A stretch of 23,150 nt of DNA from Chitinivibrionales bacterium (GTDB taxonomy: Bacteria; Fibrobacterota; Chitinivibrionia; Chitinivibrionales; WJKA01), in the NCBI GenBank assembly GCA_038247415.1, contig JBBRUX010000057.1:1-23150 (forward strand), read 5' to 3'. Each line of letters opens with the position of its first letter. The first letter of the stretch is position 1. The translations under genes and the position numbers were made by a program. Below are positions 1 to 8,699 of this stretch, in pieces. The notes below the pieces were generated by a model. The model had not been told where the DNA came from. It did no database searches and worked only from the letters and a program-made list of their open reading frames with translations.

Positions 1-1371
1 CGATTCGGTATTAGCTTGCATATCCTCAACTTGTTTCTGAATTTCATGTGTTGCCTGTGCGGTTTGCTTTGCAAGCTGTTTGACTTCGCTAGCTACTACG
101 GCAAATCCCTTTCCTGCTTCACCGGCAGATGCCGCCTCGATTGTGGCGTTGAGGGCGAGCAAGTTGGTCTGGTCTGCAATATCGTTAATGACCGCAACCA
201 CTTTTCCAATTGATTTTGCGGCAGCACCGAGTTTGTCCATAACATCCTTACTGTTCTTCGCATGGGCATTGGCCTCTGTTGCAATTTGGAGTTCTTTCTG
301 ACAGTTGCGGGACACTTCGTTTAGAGATGCGCTCATCTCCTCAATTGCTGTTGCAACGCTGTTTGCGGAAGATGACATTTCTTCTGCCGCCGCGGAAATG
401 GAGTTAATATTTGTGGTCGCCTGCTCCGTTGCGGAGGCTACTGTTGATGTTTGCGTGCTCATTTCTTCGGCATTAGCGGCAATCTGGGTGGAAACCGCTG
501 AAAGTTCAGTAGCTGACGATGCTAAAGTATTTGCATTTCCGGTGATTGAAGAAATGATGCCTTGAAGTTTCTCAACAAATTTATTAAAATAACCAGATAA
601 TTCTCCAATTTCGTCTTTGCCATTTACTTCGAGGCGTTTGGTCAAATCGCCATTTCCTTCAGAAATGTCTTTGAGCATGTGGACGGTTTTCAGTATAGGA
701 CGCGAAATGAACCGAGTCACTATTACTGAGAACGCAGCCATCAGTAAAGCAGCTATAATAGAAACTATTATGATGAGAGGTACAACAACCTGCCGAATCT
801 CAGCTTTAACGACATCTACATACACACCAGTCCCAATAATCCAGTTCCACTCCTTAAGAAGCTTTGCATAAGATATTTTTGGTACAGGTGTTGTTTCGCC
901 CGGTCTGGGCCATTCATAATCAACAAAACCTTCACCATTTTGCTGACACACCTGGGCAATAGCTTGAAATAGATTCTGCTTACGTCCCATTGCGACATTG
1001 TATTTTGGGCCGTCCAATACTTTATCATCCAATGTAGAGTTAGTTGAGTGCATAATCATTGGATAGGGTTCAGTATTGCTGTTTATCCAAAAGTATTCAA
1101 TACCTTCATAACGTATGAACTTCAAGTGATTTTTTGCTCTACTCTGTGCTTCCTCCAGGGACAGCTTCCCAGACTTGTATTCATCATAATAATAACGCAC
1201 AACCTCATAGCCCACCTCTGTAGCAGCCCGTGCTGTATTGTTTCTTGCATCATGAATGGAACGTACCAGACGGCTTCCAGCAAAAATCATTATGGTAACA
1301 AATACAGCGATTGCCATAATAAATACAACATTTACTTTATTACCGATTTTCATGTTTTTAAATTGAACCAT
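1..1371 (-). CDS. Methyl-accepting chemotaxis protein with periplasmic single Cache (sCache_2-like) sensor; 3' end runs off the window
   Basis: Not in the ORF track because its stop lies outside the window; translated by hand. ATG at 1371 follows an AGGAG RBS. Sequence: [14 protein letters not shown], Cache motifs ([40 protein letters not shown]), TM, HAMP ([18 protein letters not shown]), MCP signalling core ([34 protein letters not shown]). The frame is consistent down to position 1. Confidence 0.95.
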   Translation of the reverse strand, partial: MVQFKNMKIGNKVNVVFIMAIAVFVTIMIFAGSRLVRSIHDARNNTARAATEVGYEVVRYYYDEYKSGKLSLEEAQSRAKNHLKFIRYEGIEYFWINSNTEPYPMIMHSTNSTLDDKVLDGPKYNVAMGRKQNLFQAIAQVCQQNGEGFVDYEWPRPGETTPVPKISYAKLLKEWNWIIGTGVYVDVVKAEIRQVVVPLIIIVSIIAALLMAAFSVIVTRFISRPILKTVHMLKDISEGNGDLTKRLEVNGKDEIGELSGYFNKFVEKLQGIISSITGNANTLASSATELSAVSTQIAANAEEMSTQTSTVASATEQATTNINSISAAAEEMSSSANSVATAIEEMSASLNEVSRNCQKELQIATEANAHAKNSKDVMDKLGAAAKSIGKVVAVINDIADQTNLLALNATIEAASAGEAGKGFAVVASEVKQLAKQTAQATHEIQKQVEDMQANTES

Positions 1372-1723
1372 GTTCTGCTCCTTTGTTCTTTTTAGGTCCC
1401 GCGCATTTTGACCTAGTATATCATTGCTCGGGCAAATTGTACACCTTAATAATATGAGGGATTTGTCTGGTTGCTCCGCAAGGTACTTTGCAAGTAAAAT
1501 AGCCGTTCCAGGCTTCTTAAATCAGGGTTGCCACCGGAGAATTTCCTTTTCCACTACAATCTGGGCCAGATTAGAACGTATGTACTCTATATAGTTTTAT
1601 TTAGATTTGGTTAGGCCATTGCAAATATGACTTACTTGAGATATTTTATACGTAATTGATTAGATTAATAAAGCAGTCCATCGTGTTTTAACCCGTACGA
1701 CTGTATATAGATAAGAGGTAGCT

Positions 1724-1975
1724 ATGATTTCAACATTCACATTATTTTTAGGCGCACAGCTTTTTCTTGTCCTTTTGGCTGTTTCTCTTGGACGTATGGT
1801 ATATATCTACCGTATTCGCAAAGAAGAAAATCGCCGAAAAGAGCTCGAATTATCTATTATGGAAAAGCGTACTCAGATTTTAGCCGAAGGCAAGAAAATT
1901 GCCCACAATCTCGAAGAACTGCTCTTTAATGCGCAGATTCAAAAAGAGATTGATGATATGATTAGAAAAAACTAG
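1724..1975 (+). CDS. Small hypothetical membrane protein (N-terminal TM helix plus charged helical tail)
   Basis: 83 aa; AAGAGG RBS upstream; hydrophobic residues about 1-28, then a charged coiled-coil-like region; a terminator-like hairpin follows downstream. Confidence 0.7.
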   Translation: MISTFTLFLGAQLFLVLLAVSLGRMVYIYRIRKEENRRKELELSIMEKRTQILAEGKKIAHNLEELLFNAQIQKEIDDMIRKN

Positions 1976-2003
1976 GAAAATTATTTGATAGTCAAATTTA
2001 TGG

Positions 2004-2032
2004 GGAAATACTAGGTAACAACTGGTGTTTCC
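2004..2032 (+). other. RNA hairpin upstream of the terminator
   Basis: GGAAATACTAG-gtaacaa-CTGGTGTTTCC: 11-bp stem with two G-U pairs as read on the + strand. Confidence 0.45.
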
Positions 2033-2044
2033 AATGATATCTTT

Positions 2045-2078
2045 AAAAAAAGGCACTCACCATGAGTGCCTTTTTTTT
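2045..2078. terminator. Rho-independent terminator, potentially bidirectional
   Basis: AAAAAAAGGCACTCA-cca-TGAGTGCCTTTTTTTT: perfect inverted repeat with A-run before and T8 after. Confidence 0.85.
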
Positions 2079-2115
2079 ATACGTCAAAAACAAATTATAA
2101 GGCGTAGATGTTACC

Positions 2116-2736
2116 ATGAAAGAAAATGTTCTTATCTTATTTGTGCGACTCCCTGTGCCTGGGCGGGTAAAAACTCGTTTGGCACGCCATATTGGAAACG
2201 TTGCTGCCGCACGCGTGTATCAGAACATTAGCGAAGCAATTATCCGTTCCGTAAAAGACAACGAATCATTTGACACGCTTTTTTTTCTGGATTCTCCGGA
2301 GTTTGAAGCTGACTATAGAGACTATATGCATATTCATAAAAACCTGAGGATTCAAGCCGGATCTGACATTGGTGAACGAATGGCACATGCTTTCCAAATG
2401 GTTTTCGCCGAAGGATTCAAACGCGCAGTACTGGTTGGAACAGACATTCCCGCACTAACCGGCGAAATTGTCACAGAGGCTTTTAAAAGCCTCTGTGATC
2501 ATGACACAGTTTTGGGAGAAGCTCTTGACGGAGGCTATTATCTGATTGGCCTTAATTCGCCCCAAGATTTTTTATTTACCACTATAGTGTGGAGCACTGG
2601 CACTGTTTTTGAAAAAACCGTATCTTTGCTCAAAACACATTCCCTAACTATTGCCTTTACACCACGTTTGCGTGACATCGACACGCTCAAGGACTTAGAA
2701 GATGAAGGTCTGCTGCATTATACCCGCGCTCAATGA
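2116..2736 (+). CDS. TIGR04282/DUF2064 family transferase (rSAM/selenodomain-associated transferase 1, arsenosugar-cluster associated, CofC-like fold)
   Basis: Motifs LFVRLPVPGRVKTRL, QAGSDIGERM, VLVGTDIP, VLGEALDGGYYLIG, IVWST, LRDIDTLKDL. Confidence 0.92.
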   Translation: MKENVLILFVRLPVPGRVKTRLARHIGNVAAARVYQNISEAIIRSVKDNESFDTLFFLDSPEFEADYRDYMHIHKNLRIQAGSDIGERMAHAFQMVFAEGFKRAVLVGTDIPALTGEIVTEAFKSLCDHDTVLGEALDGGYYLIGLNSPQDFLFTTIVWSTGTVFEKTVSLLKTHSLTIAFTPRLRDIDTLKDLEDEGLLHYTRAQ

Positions 2737-3406
2737 AGAAGGCGCAATTGGCAATGTTGTTTCGTCTATTGACAGATCACTTGTCAATCAAATAATCGTT
2801 GCAGACAATGGTTCAACCGATGCCACAAAAGAAGTTGCTGCACGTGCTGGGGCGCTTGTCGTGCATGAACCCCGCAAAGGATATGGCTGGGCGTGCCTAG
2901 CCGGTGTGGCTGCGGCACCCGACGCAGACGTCTATCTGTTTTTGGATGGCGACGGAGCAGACGACACCTCTCTTGTAAATGATGTCATTGCTCCCATTAT
3001 ATGCAATGAAGCGGACATGGTTATTGGGTCGCGGGTACGCGGTGTTCTGTACGAAAAAGGTGCACTCACCCCGCCACAGCGTTTTGGTAACTGGCTTTCT
3101 ACACACCTCCTTAACGTACTTTACGGCACGCACTACACAGATCTGGGACCGTTTAGGGCCATTAAACGAGATGCGCTCATAAGAATGCACATGGCAACAC
3201 GAAGCTACGGTTGGACCGTGGAAATGCAGATCAAGGCTGCGGTAATGGGGATTCGCATCGCAGAAGTTCCCGTTAATTGCCGATGCCGACGCGCAGGCAA
3301 GAGTAAAGTGAGTGGCAGCGTAAAAGGCGTTATATTGGCCGGTTTTTTTATTCTTTACAATATCGGGGAAGCTTATATGATGAAACTCCTGGGACGTCTC
3401 AAGTGA
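2702..3406 (+). CDS. GT2 glycosyltransferase, polyprenol-phosphate sugar synthase (DPM1-like) type
   Basis: IIPALNEE, ADNGSTD, GYGWAC, FLDGDGADD (DxD), VIGSR, TDLGPFRAI, YGWTVEMQIKA, EVPV, GKSKVSG. Overlaps the upstream gene by 35 nt. Confidence 0.92.
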   Translation: MKVCCIIPALNEEGAIGNVVSSIDRSLVNQIIVADNGSTDATKEVAARAGALVVHEPRKGYGWACLAGVAAAPDADVYLFLDGDGADDTSLVNDVIAPIICNEADMVIGSRVRGVLYEKGALTPPQRFGNWLSTHLLNVLYGTHYTDLGPFRAIKRDALIRMHMATRSYGWTVEMQIKAAVMGIRIAEVPVNCRCRRAGKSKVSGSVKGVILAGFFILYNIGEAYMMKLLGRLK

Positions 3407-4680
3407 AGCGTGTGGTCCTGAGCAGTTTGCGCTATGCGCCGCTTGTTGTGATGGGGATCTTGCATTGTATGACCAGTAGAATTATGCTGGTACAATTTCA
3501 TTTTGTTCCACTTGCAGTTAGCTATTTGGTAATGGGGCTTTGTGCGGTGGCTGGCCTTTTAATGCATTGTAAAAAGCCCTACCCCTTTGTGGTGCTTGTT
3601 AGTTACATGGCGATACTATCAATTCCGTATGTGTTAGCTTATCCCGTTTTGTCGGACGATGCCTATCGATACATATGGGAAGGTCATGTCCAGAACAAAG
3701 GACATAACCCTTACCTAACCCCACCAGGCTCTGCGGTTTTTGCGGGGGATACCCTTGCAGCACATGTAAACTTTCCACAAATTCCGGCAGTATATCCACC
3801 GTTAGCACAGCTTGTTTTTAGGGCGCTTGCTAGTATTGCGCCATCGATGTTTCTTTTTAAAGCTTTTTTCATGCTGTGTGCGCTCGGCATTTTATGGCTA
3901 CTCGCAAAAAAGCGGGATCTGTTTGCCCACGCGGATTATCTGTGGGCGATTCTTCCGATAACGCTTGTTGAAACCGCTTGGAGTGGGCACTTTGATGCAC
4001 TGGGTATTTTTGCGCTTGCTCTAGCGGTACTTGCCTTAAAAAGAGGAAACGGCGTGTCCACCGGATTATTTCTAGCGATGTCAATTAGCATCAAACTAAT
4101 GCCGGTCATGTTTATTCCCTATTTTTTCTGTGCGCTCCCACGAGAAAAACGAGTTGGATTTTTATGTGCGCTGCTCATGGTTCCAATTCTCTATCTTCCC
4201 TTTCTTTCGGCTAACTCATCGCTTTTTTTCGCGCTTGTAAATTACACCCGTCATTGGGTAAACGCTAGTGCGCCGTATTCATTGCTTATAAGTGCTGGAT
4301 GTTCGGCTCAAATGGCACGACTTATTCTTTTGGGTGTTTTTGCTACTACCTGGATACTTGTATTTGTCAAAATCAAAGAAATTAATGTAAAAATATACGT
4401 ATCGCTTTTTTCGCTCACCCTGTTCTCCCCGGTTGTTTGGCCATGGTACCTGCTGTGGCTTATCCCGTTTGGTGCTGCATATTTTCCTTACACTATTGCC
4501 CTGCAAACCATTCTGTCGATTTCCTCGTATGCCGGGATGGAGAGCTATTTAACTGGTGGTATTTGGAGCGAAAACTTTGGTGTCTGCCTGGCCGTATTCA
4601 TAATAACTCTGGGATCAGCATTCTTTGAATATACCAGAAACAAAGACCGCAGACACTCCAGAGTGAACACATCAGAATAA
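3403..4680 (+). CDS. Polytopic GT-C fold glycosyltransferase (GT87/DUF2029-like, lipid-linked-sugar dependent)
   Basis: Many TM segments; LSDDAYRYIWEG acidic loop motif, NPY, VYPPLAQ, SGHFD, SIKLMP, PVVWPWYLLW. GTG start overlaps the GT2 stop (GTGA). Confidence 0.85.
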   Translation: MKRVVLSSLRYAPLVVMGILHCMTSRIMLVQFHFVPLAVSYLVMGLCAVAGLLMHCKKPYPFVVLVSYMAILSIPYVLAYPVLSDDAYRYIWEGHVQNKGHNPYLTPPGSAVFAGDTLAAHVNFPQIPAVYPPLAQLVFRALASIAPSMFLFKAFFMLCALGILWLLAKKRDLFAHADYLWAILPITLVETAWSGHFDALGIFALALAVLALKRGNGVSTGLFLAMSISIKLMPVMFIPYFFCALPREKRVGFLCALLMVPILYLPFLSANSSLFFALVNYTRHWVNASAPYSLLISAGCSAQMARLILLGVFATTWILVFVKIKEINVKIYVSLFSLTLFSPVVWPWYLLWLIPFGAAYFPYTIALQTILSISSYAGMESYLTGGIWSENFGVCLAVFIITLGSAFFEYTRNKDRRHSRVNTSE

Positions 4681-4708
4681 ACCGGTATCTGCAAAAGAGG
4701 AAAACGAA

Positions 4709-5605
4709 ATGAGATTTATAGCTATAATGTTCGCATTATGTGCGATGACTTTGAAAGTTGATGCTGCCGAATTCCTTTCGATGTTCGAGAATGGTGCAGA
4801 AATTTCTTCCTATAAAACTACGCAGCCAAGGTATGGTGAAGAACGAACGGCCTACACAGTAATGGTTTTTGTCCCTGAATATATTAGCAGACTTACCAGA
4901 ATTAAAGCCGAGGGCTCTATCAAAATACCCTCAAACCAACAGGTTTTGGTTGTTAAACTCAACAGGGCGCTTCAGTTTAACACGGGTATTTACAATTACT
5001 CGGTTATGACATCGGCCTTTTGCGCAGTAGGGCGGGAATTTGGCCGTGAACCATTGTATCCCATGAAAATTTCTATTTCTGCATCTGAGTGGTGCGGTAA
5101 TTTTTATCAGCAATTAATTCCCAACGGTAAAGGCGCACAGCGTACCATGCATTCATATTTTGAGAAAGAGGGCGATAGGGATGATTACCTCGAAGCGCCG
5201 AAAAATGATCTGTATGAGGATAATCTTCCAGTTCTTATCAGAGAGTTTTCCGGAGAATATCTTGCCGTCAATCAGAAAAAAGATCTGAATATTCTCCCCT
5301 CATTATGGGAATCACGCATAACGCACAAACCGCTTGGATACGAAAAAGGGTATGTGCAAAAAAATGCCGAAACCCTCGTGTTTCAAGGGAAAAACCAAGA
5401 GACTTTCAAGTGGACATGGCAGGTCGGCAGCCGGACCGTAACATATTGGGTAGAGAGAGATTTTCCTCATACAATATTAAAATGGGAATCGTCAACCGGC
5501 GATTCCGGTGAATTGATAAAAACGCTCACAGTAAAGTATTGGGAGAAGCACAAGAATAGTGATCTGGGTTTGCGGAGTGATCTGGGTATTCCGATAGTTC
5601 CTTAA
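4709..5605 (+). CDS. Exported conserved hypothetical protein of a family recalled from arsenosugar/DUF547 neighbourhoods (often mis-annotated as Maf)
   Basis: Sec-type signal peptide; motifs GAEISSY, QPRYGE, KLN...FNTGIYNYSVMTSAF, SEWCG, SYFEKEGD, FPHTILKWE, YWEK. Family identity is from recall; no Maf motifs seen. Confidence 0.7.
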   Translation: MRFIAIMFALCAMTLKVDAAEFLSMFENGAEISSYKTTQPRYGEERTAYTVMVFVPEYISRLTRIKAEGSIKIPSNQQVLVVKLNRALQFNTGIYNYSVMTSAFCAVGREFGREPLYPMKISISASEWCGNFYQQLIPNGKGAQRTMHSYFEKEGDRDDYLEAPKNDLYEDNLPVLIREFSGEYLAVNQKKDLNILPSLWESRITHKPLGYEKGYVQKNAETLVFQGKNQETFKWTWQVGSRTVTYWVERDFPHTILKWESSTGDSGELIKTLTVKYWEKHKNSDLGLRSDLGIPIVP

Positions 5606-5755
5606 GGCAACTATTTTTAACCACAGCCGGTAACGGAAGAAATGATAGATCAACTTCATAGTACTACGAAACAAATGAGTGTAATGTTGTTCACTATCCC
5701 TACAACTATTTTAATGGAAACAACTCATCTTTAATTGAGTCAAGGAGTCAACGGC

Positions 5756-6919
5756 ATGTGGATTTTTTTTGTACCTCTTTTGTTCTCGGGGATTTTTTTC
5801 TTTTGTGATGCGGCAAAACCTATCACCCGTGTTTGGCCCCAGTCCCTCTCCAGTGCAAAAATTGAAGAAGGCAGCGCAATCGCCGAATCGGGAGGATTGC
5901 GCTTGGCCCCAGCTACCCGTATCAGCTTCAAAGAGGGCTCTGCATACGGGTTAGGCAACGGCGTGTTGCGAGTAGCCATGACACCCCCAAAAATTGACAA
6001 ATCACTTGTACCGATTCTGGCAAAACGCCTCGAATGCTTCTGTGCCTTCTCGATCTATATTGGACGCACGGTGGTCGAGGTATCAGACCGAGGTGTACGG
6101 GCGTATCTGATTGATGAAAAGTATTATCGTATCGAGAAGGTGTTTTCGGAAAATGTCATGAATATGATTCCAGACGGATCCCCTGTTGAAATCGTTATTA
6201 CGATTGAAGATAAACGCCTTGACGTTAAGGTTAATTCGCAGTCCTTGTTGCAGTGTCCAGTAACCCTTTACGATTTCTCCGCGATTCAGCTTTCAACGTT
6301 TGGCCACCCATTTTTGGTTGATTACCTGAGCATCGAGGAAAAACACAAACTAGAACTGATAGTTGACGCTCCAAAGCGCTCCATTGATATTGGCGCAGTG
6401 TTCCACCCAAGGCATTTCAACCAGGGTGGCGGATTGCACAATCATCATTTCATTACGTGGGAAGGTGGCAAAGCTGCACCCCAAGCTCTCATAACGACGT
6501 TTGCCCCGGACTCCACGATTCACGATGCACTGGTTTCGGTAGGCGCACTACCGGGCAACAATCTGCTCGCCGATGCCTGGACCCAGCGGTTGAATGCGAA
6601 ATCGGTAGAGCCGGATAAAAGAGCGGAGGGTGATGTATTGCACATAACCATACTTTACGGGGGAGAGGAATTTCCTGTCGAAAAAATCCTCAAGGATCTC
6701 TCGGGAGCCGAGTATGATTTCCGTTTTGCCGGCAACCGTAATTTTATCCCGATCTGGAAATCGGGGTGTGTGGCTTGTCTGCAGAGCTGTCCCGGTTCAA
6801 AAATTGCTAATCGCACCTATACTATGCGAGACCTTGCTAGAAAAAAAGCTAATTTCCGCGCAATCGAGGGGCTGCCATTTAACGATGGTGATGAGATTGT
6901 GGTGCGCATAACGAAGTAG
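5756..6919 (+). CDS. Exported protein: N-terminal beta-rich domain fused to a C-terminal YdjY-like domain
   Basis: ATG 5756 preferred over TTG 5735 because AAGGAG lies at 5742-5747. Hydrophobic N-terminus. The C-terminal half has HDALVSVGALPGNNL, FRFAGN and GCVACLQSCPGSKIAN (CxxCxxxC), as in YdjY. Confidence 0.72.
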   Translation: MWIFFVPLLFSGIFFFCDAAKPITRVWPQSLSSAKIEEGSAIAESGGLRLAPATRISFKEGSAYGLGNGVLRVAMTPPKIDKSLVPILAKRLECFCAFSIYIGRTVVEVSDRGVRAYLIDEKYYRIEKVFSENVMNMIPDGSPVEIVITIEDKRLDVKVNSQSLLQCPVTLYDFSAIQLSTFGHPFLVDYLSIEEKHKLELIVDAPKRSIDIGAVFHPRHFNQGGGLHNHHFITWEGGKAAPQALITTFAPDSTIHDALVSVGALPGNNLLADAWTQRLNAKSVEPDKRAEGDVLHITILYGGEEFPVEKILKDLSGAEYDFRFAGNRNFIPIWKSGCVACLQSCPGSKIANRTYTMRDLARKKANFRAIEGLPFNDGDEIVVRITK

Positions 6920-6946
6920 ATCTACTTTTCTTAAGGAGAATTTATT

Positions 6947-7660
6947 ATGAAACAACTTATACTATTGTGTATGCTATGTTGTACTGTGCAGGTAGCCGCC
7001 TTTGATACGACGTTCTCTCGAATCGATCGATTTTTGAGTGCCCATGTGTGCAATGGCGGTGTGGCGTATGCGCACGCAAAAAACGATCGACTGCTTGACA
7101 CAATTTTAGCTGACTACAGCGCATTAAACGCTAAAGAATATGCAGTGTGGGGCAAAGATTTGCAGCTCTGCATGCTTATCAATCTGTACAATTGCGCGAC
7201 AATCAAACTGATAGTTGACAATTATCCACTCAAGACCGGAATCAAGGACATCCCCAAGGCATGGGACAAACAATGGATCAACCTCTTTGGCAAAAAAGTG
7301 TCGCTCAACCATATCGAACACGACCTGATCCGCAAGCAATTCAATGAACCACGCATCCACTGCGTTCTGGTATGTGCTGCACGCAGCTGTCCTTTAATAC
7401 TCGACAAAGCGTATGTTCCCGAGCATTTACAGGAGCAATTTGAAAATGCAGCAAGGACTTTTTTGACCGACACGACAAAAAACCATATCGACAAAAACAA
7501 ACTTGTCATTTCACCAATTTTTCAATGGTATGGGGATGATTTTAAGAAGACCTATGGCGGGGTTGAGGGGTTTATAAAGCGCTATCTACCCGTTGGCAAA
7601 GGCCCAATCACCTATTCACCGTATGATTGGTCCCTCAATGATGCGGGGAGCTGTCGTTGA
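6947..7660 (+). CDS. DUF547 domain exported protein
   Basis: AAGGAG RBS; signal peptide; INLYN, SLNHIEH, EPRIHCVLVCAARSCP, SPIFQWYGDDF, YDWSLN. Confidence 0.9.
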   Translation: MKQLILLCMLCCTVQVAAFDTTFSRIDRFLSAHVCNGGVAYAHAKNDRLLDTILADYSALNAKEYAVWGKDLQLCMLINLYNCATIKLIVDNYPLKTGIKDIPKAWDKQWINLFGKKVSLNHIEHDLIRKQFNEPRIHCVLVCAARSCPLILDKAYVPEHLQEQFENAARTFLTDTTKNHIDKNKLVISPIFQWYGDDFKKTYGGVEGFIKRYLPVGKGPITYSPYDWSLNDAGSCR

Positions 7661-7913
7661 TACGATCTTTTATTCTGGTTTTGGCTTCTTGAGATAAGTG
7701 TGCGCCTTCGTTAACAGAGGCATCGTCAAAATCACTAGAGACCCGACCCAGTATGCCGTGCAGGAAATTTAATTGTTTGCGGTAGCAGGAGCAGACTCGG
7801 CACATTATCAGGTGCAAAACCATTTTGAAACGATCGCCCTTGTGTAGTGGTTGATCGAGTTCCTGCGAAACGAATTGTGCTGCTTCCTTACAGCTCAGCA
7901 TAATTTTTCCCAT
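7635..7913 (-). CDS. Zinc-binding anti-sigma factor (zf-HC2/ZAS)
   Basis: SCKEA and HLIMCRVC (HxxxCxxC); 4 nt downstream of the ECF sigma gene; no TM segment. The start could be ATG 7901. Confidence 0.9.
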   Translation of the reverse strand: MGKIMLSCKEAAQFVSQELDQPLHKGDRFKMVLHLIMCRVCSCYRKQLNFLHGILGRVSSDFDDASVNEGAHLSQEAKTRIKDRINDSSPHH

Positions 7914-7917
7914 GGTT

Positions 7918-8469
7918 TTAGCTCCTCTTGAACCAATTAGATTCCAGACACCCTCGTAATTTCAAACGCGCACGATGAAGCATCACCCACAGATTTGTCG
8001 GGGAAAATCCGTTATTCTTACAAATTTCTTCACTTTCAAAACCATCTATTTCACGGAGCACGAAGGCTTCCCGCTGATGGAGAGGCAAGTACGAGAGGCA
8101 TTGACGGAGTACCAGAAGAAATTCTTTTTGATCCAGCTCAGATTCTGGGGTTTTATGCCATGAACGTGGAGACTTTTTCCAATGCCCGCTCTTGTCGAAT
8201 TCTTCTTCATCTTCGTTAAATCGGTCTGTTTGGCCTTGAATGCCATTCATTTTCGAGCGGTAATGATCGAGTATTTTGTGTTTGAGAATGCCCAATAGCC
8301 ATGTTTTTTCGGATGATTTCCCTTGAAAACTCTCTGCTGCCCGGTGTGCCGCGATGAATGTCTCCTGAACCAGGTCCTCGGCATCGCTGCGGTCATTCAC
8401 CCGGTAGAGGGCGATTTTAAAAAGGGTGTCACTATACTTATCCACCAGAGCTGCCACATTTGCTATCAC
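7918..8469 (-). CDS. ECF-type sigma-70 factor (TIGR02943-like)
   Basis: Region 2: DAEDLVQETF, KTWLLGILKHKILDHYR. Region 4: QREAFVLREIDG, EEIC, NLWVMLHRARLKLRGCLE. Confidence 0.93.
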   Translation of the reverse strand: MIANVAALVDKYSDTLFKIALYRVNDRSDAEDLVQETFIAAHRAAESFQGKSSEKTWLLGILKHKILDHYRSKMNGIQGQTDRFNEDEEEFDKSGHWKKSPRSWHKTPESELDQKEFLLVLRQCLSYLPLHQREAFVLREIDGFESEEICKNNGFSPTNLWVMLHRARLKLRGCLESNWFKRS

Positions 8470-8631
8470 ACTACTACCCCATCGAGTTTGGATCTGAAAT
8501 CAAAAACTACATTGCATCCCTCGCGCCTGTAGGCCATAACCAGAATGCTTCAATAATATAGCTTTCTGCACGCGCGGCGTTCCCACATGCCGATATCTTC
8601 ATTTCTTATACTATAAAAATCCTAAAAAAAA

Positions 8632-8662
8632 TTGTAAGGTTTGCCCCTCACCCCTCGACTAC
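8632..8662 (+). promoter_or_regulatory. Putative ECF-sigma promoter upstream of msrAB
   Basis: TTGTAAGGTTTG-N11-TCGACTAC; -35/-10-like spacing; a near-identical copy lies at 9854-9883. Confidence 0.75.
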
Positions 8663-8699
8663 TCTTATAAGTCAGCTCTATCACACACAGGAGTTTTGT

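Noticed and set aside
16..1395. Several short plus-strand ORFs
   Set aside because: Antisense shadows of the MCP gene.
1372..1723. c-di-GMP riboswitch or other known leader near the MCP gene
   Set aside because: A GGGCAAA is present, but the GNRA-capped stem and second stem of the motif are not.
2702..3406. Calling the GT2 a TIGR04283 arsenosugar glycosyltransferase
   Set aside because: It lacks the LHADT and GDQ motifs; DGDG, TDLGPFRAI and GWTVEMQ indicate the DPM-synthase-like type.
8589..8596. Sigma-28-like -10 box GCCGATAT
   Set aside because: No TAAA-like -35 at the expected distance.
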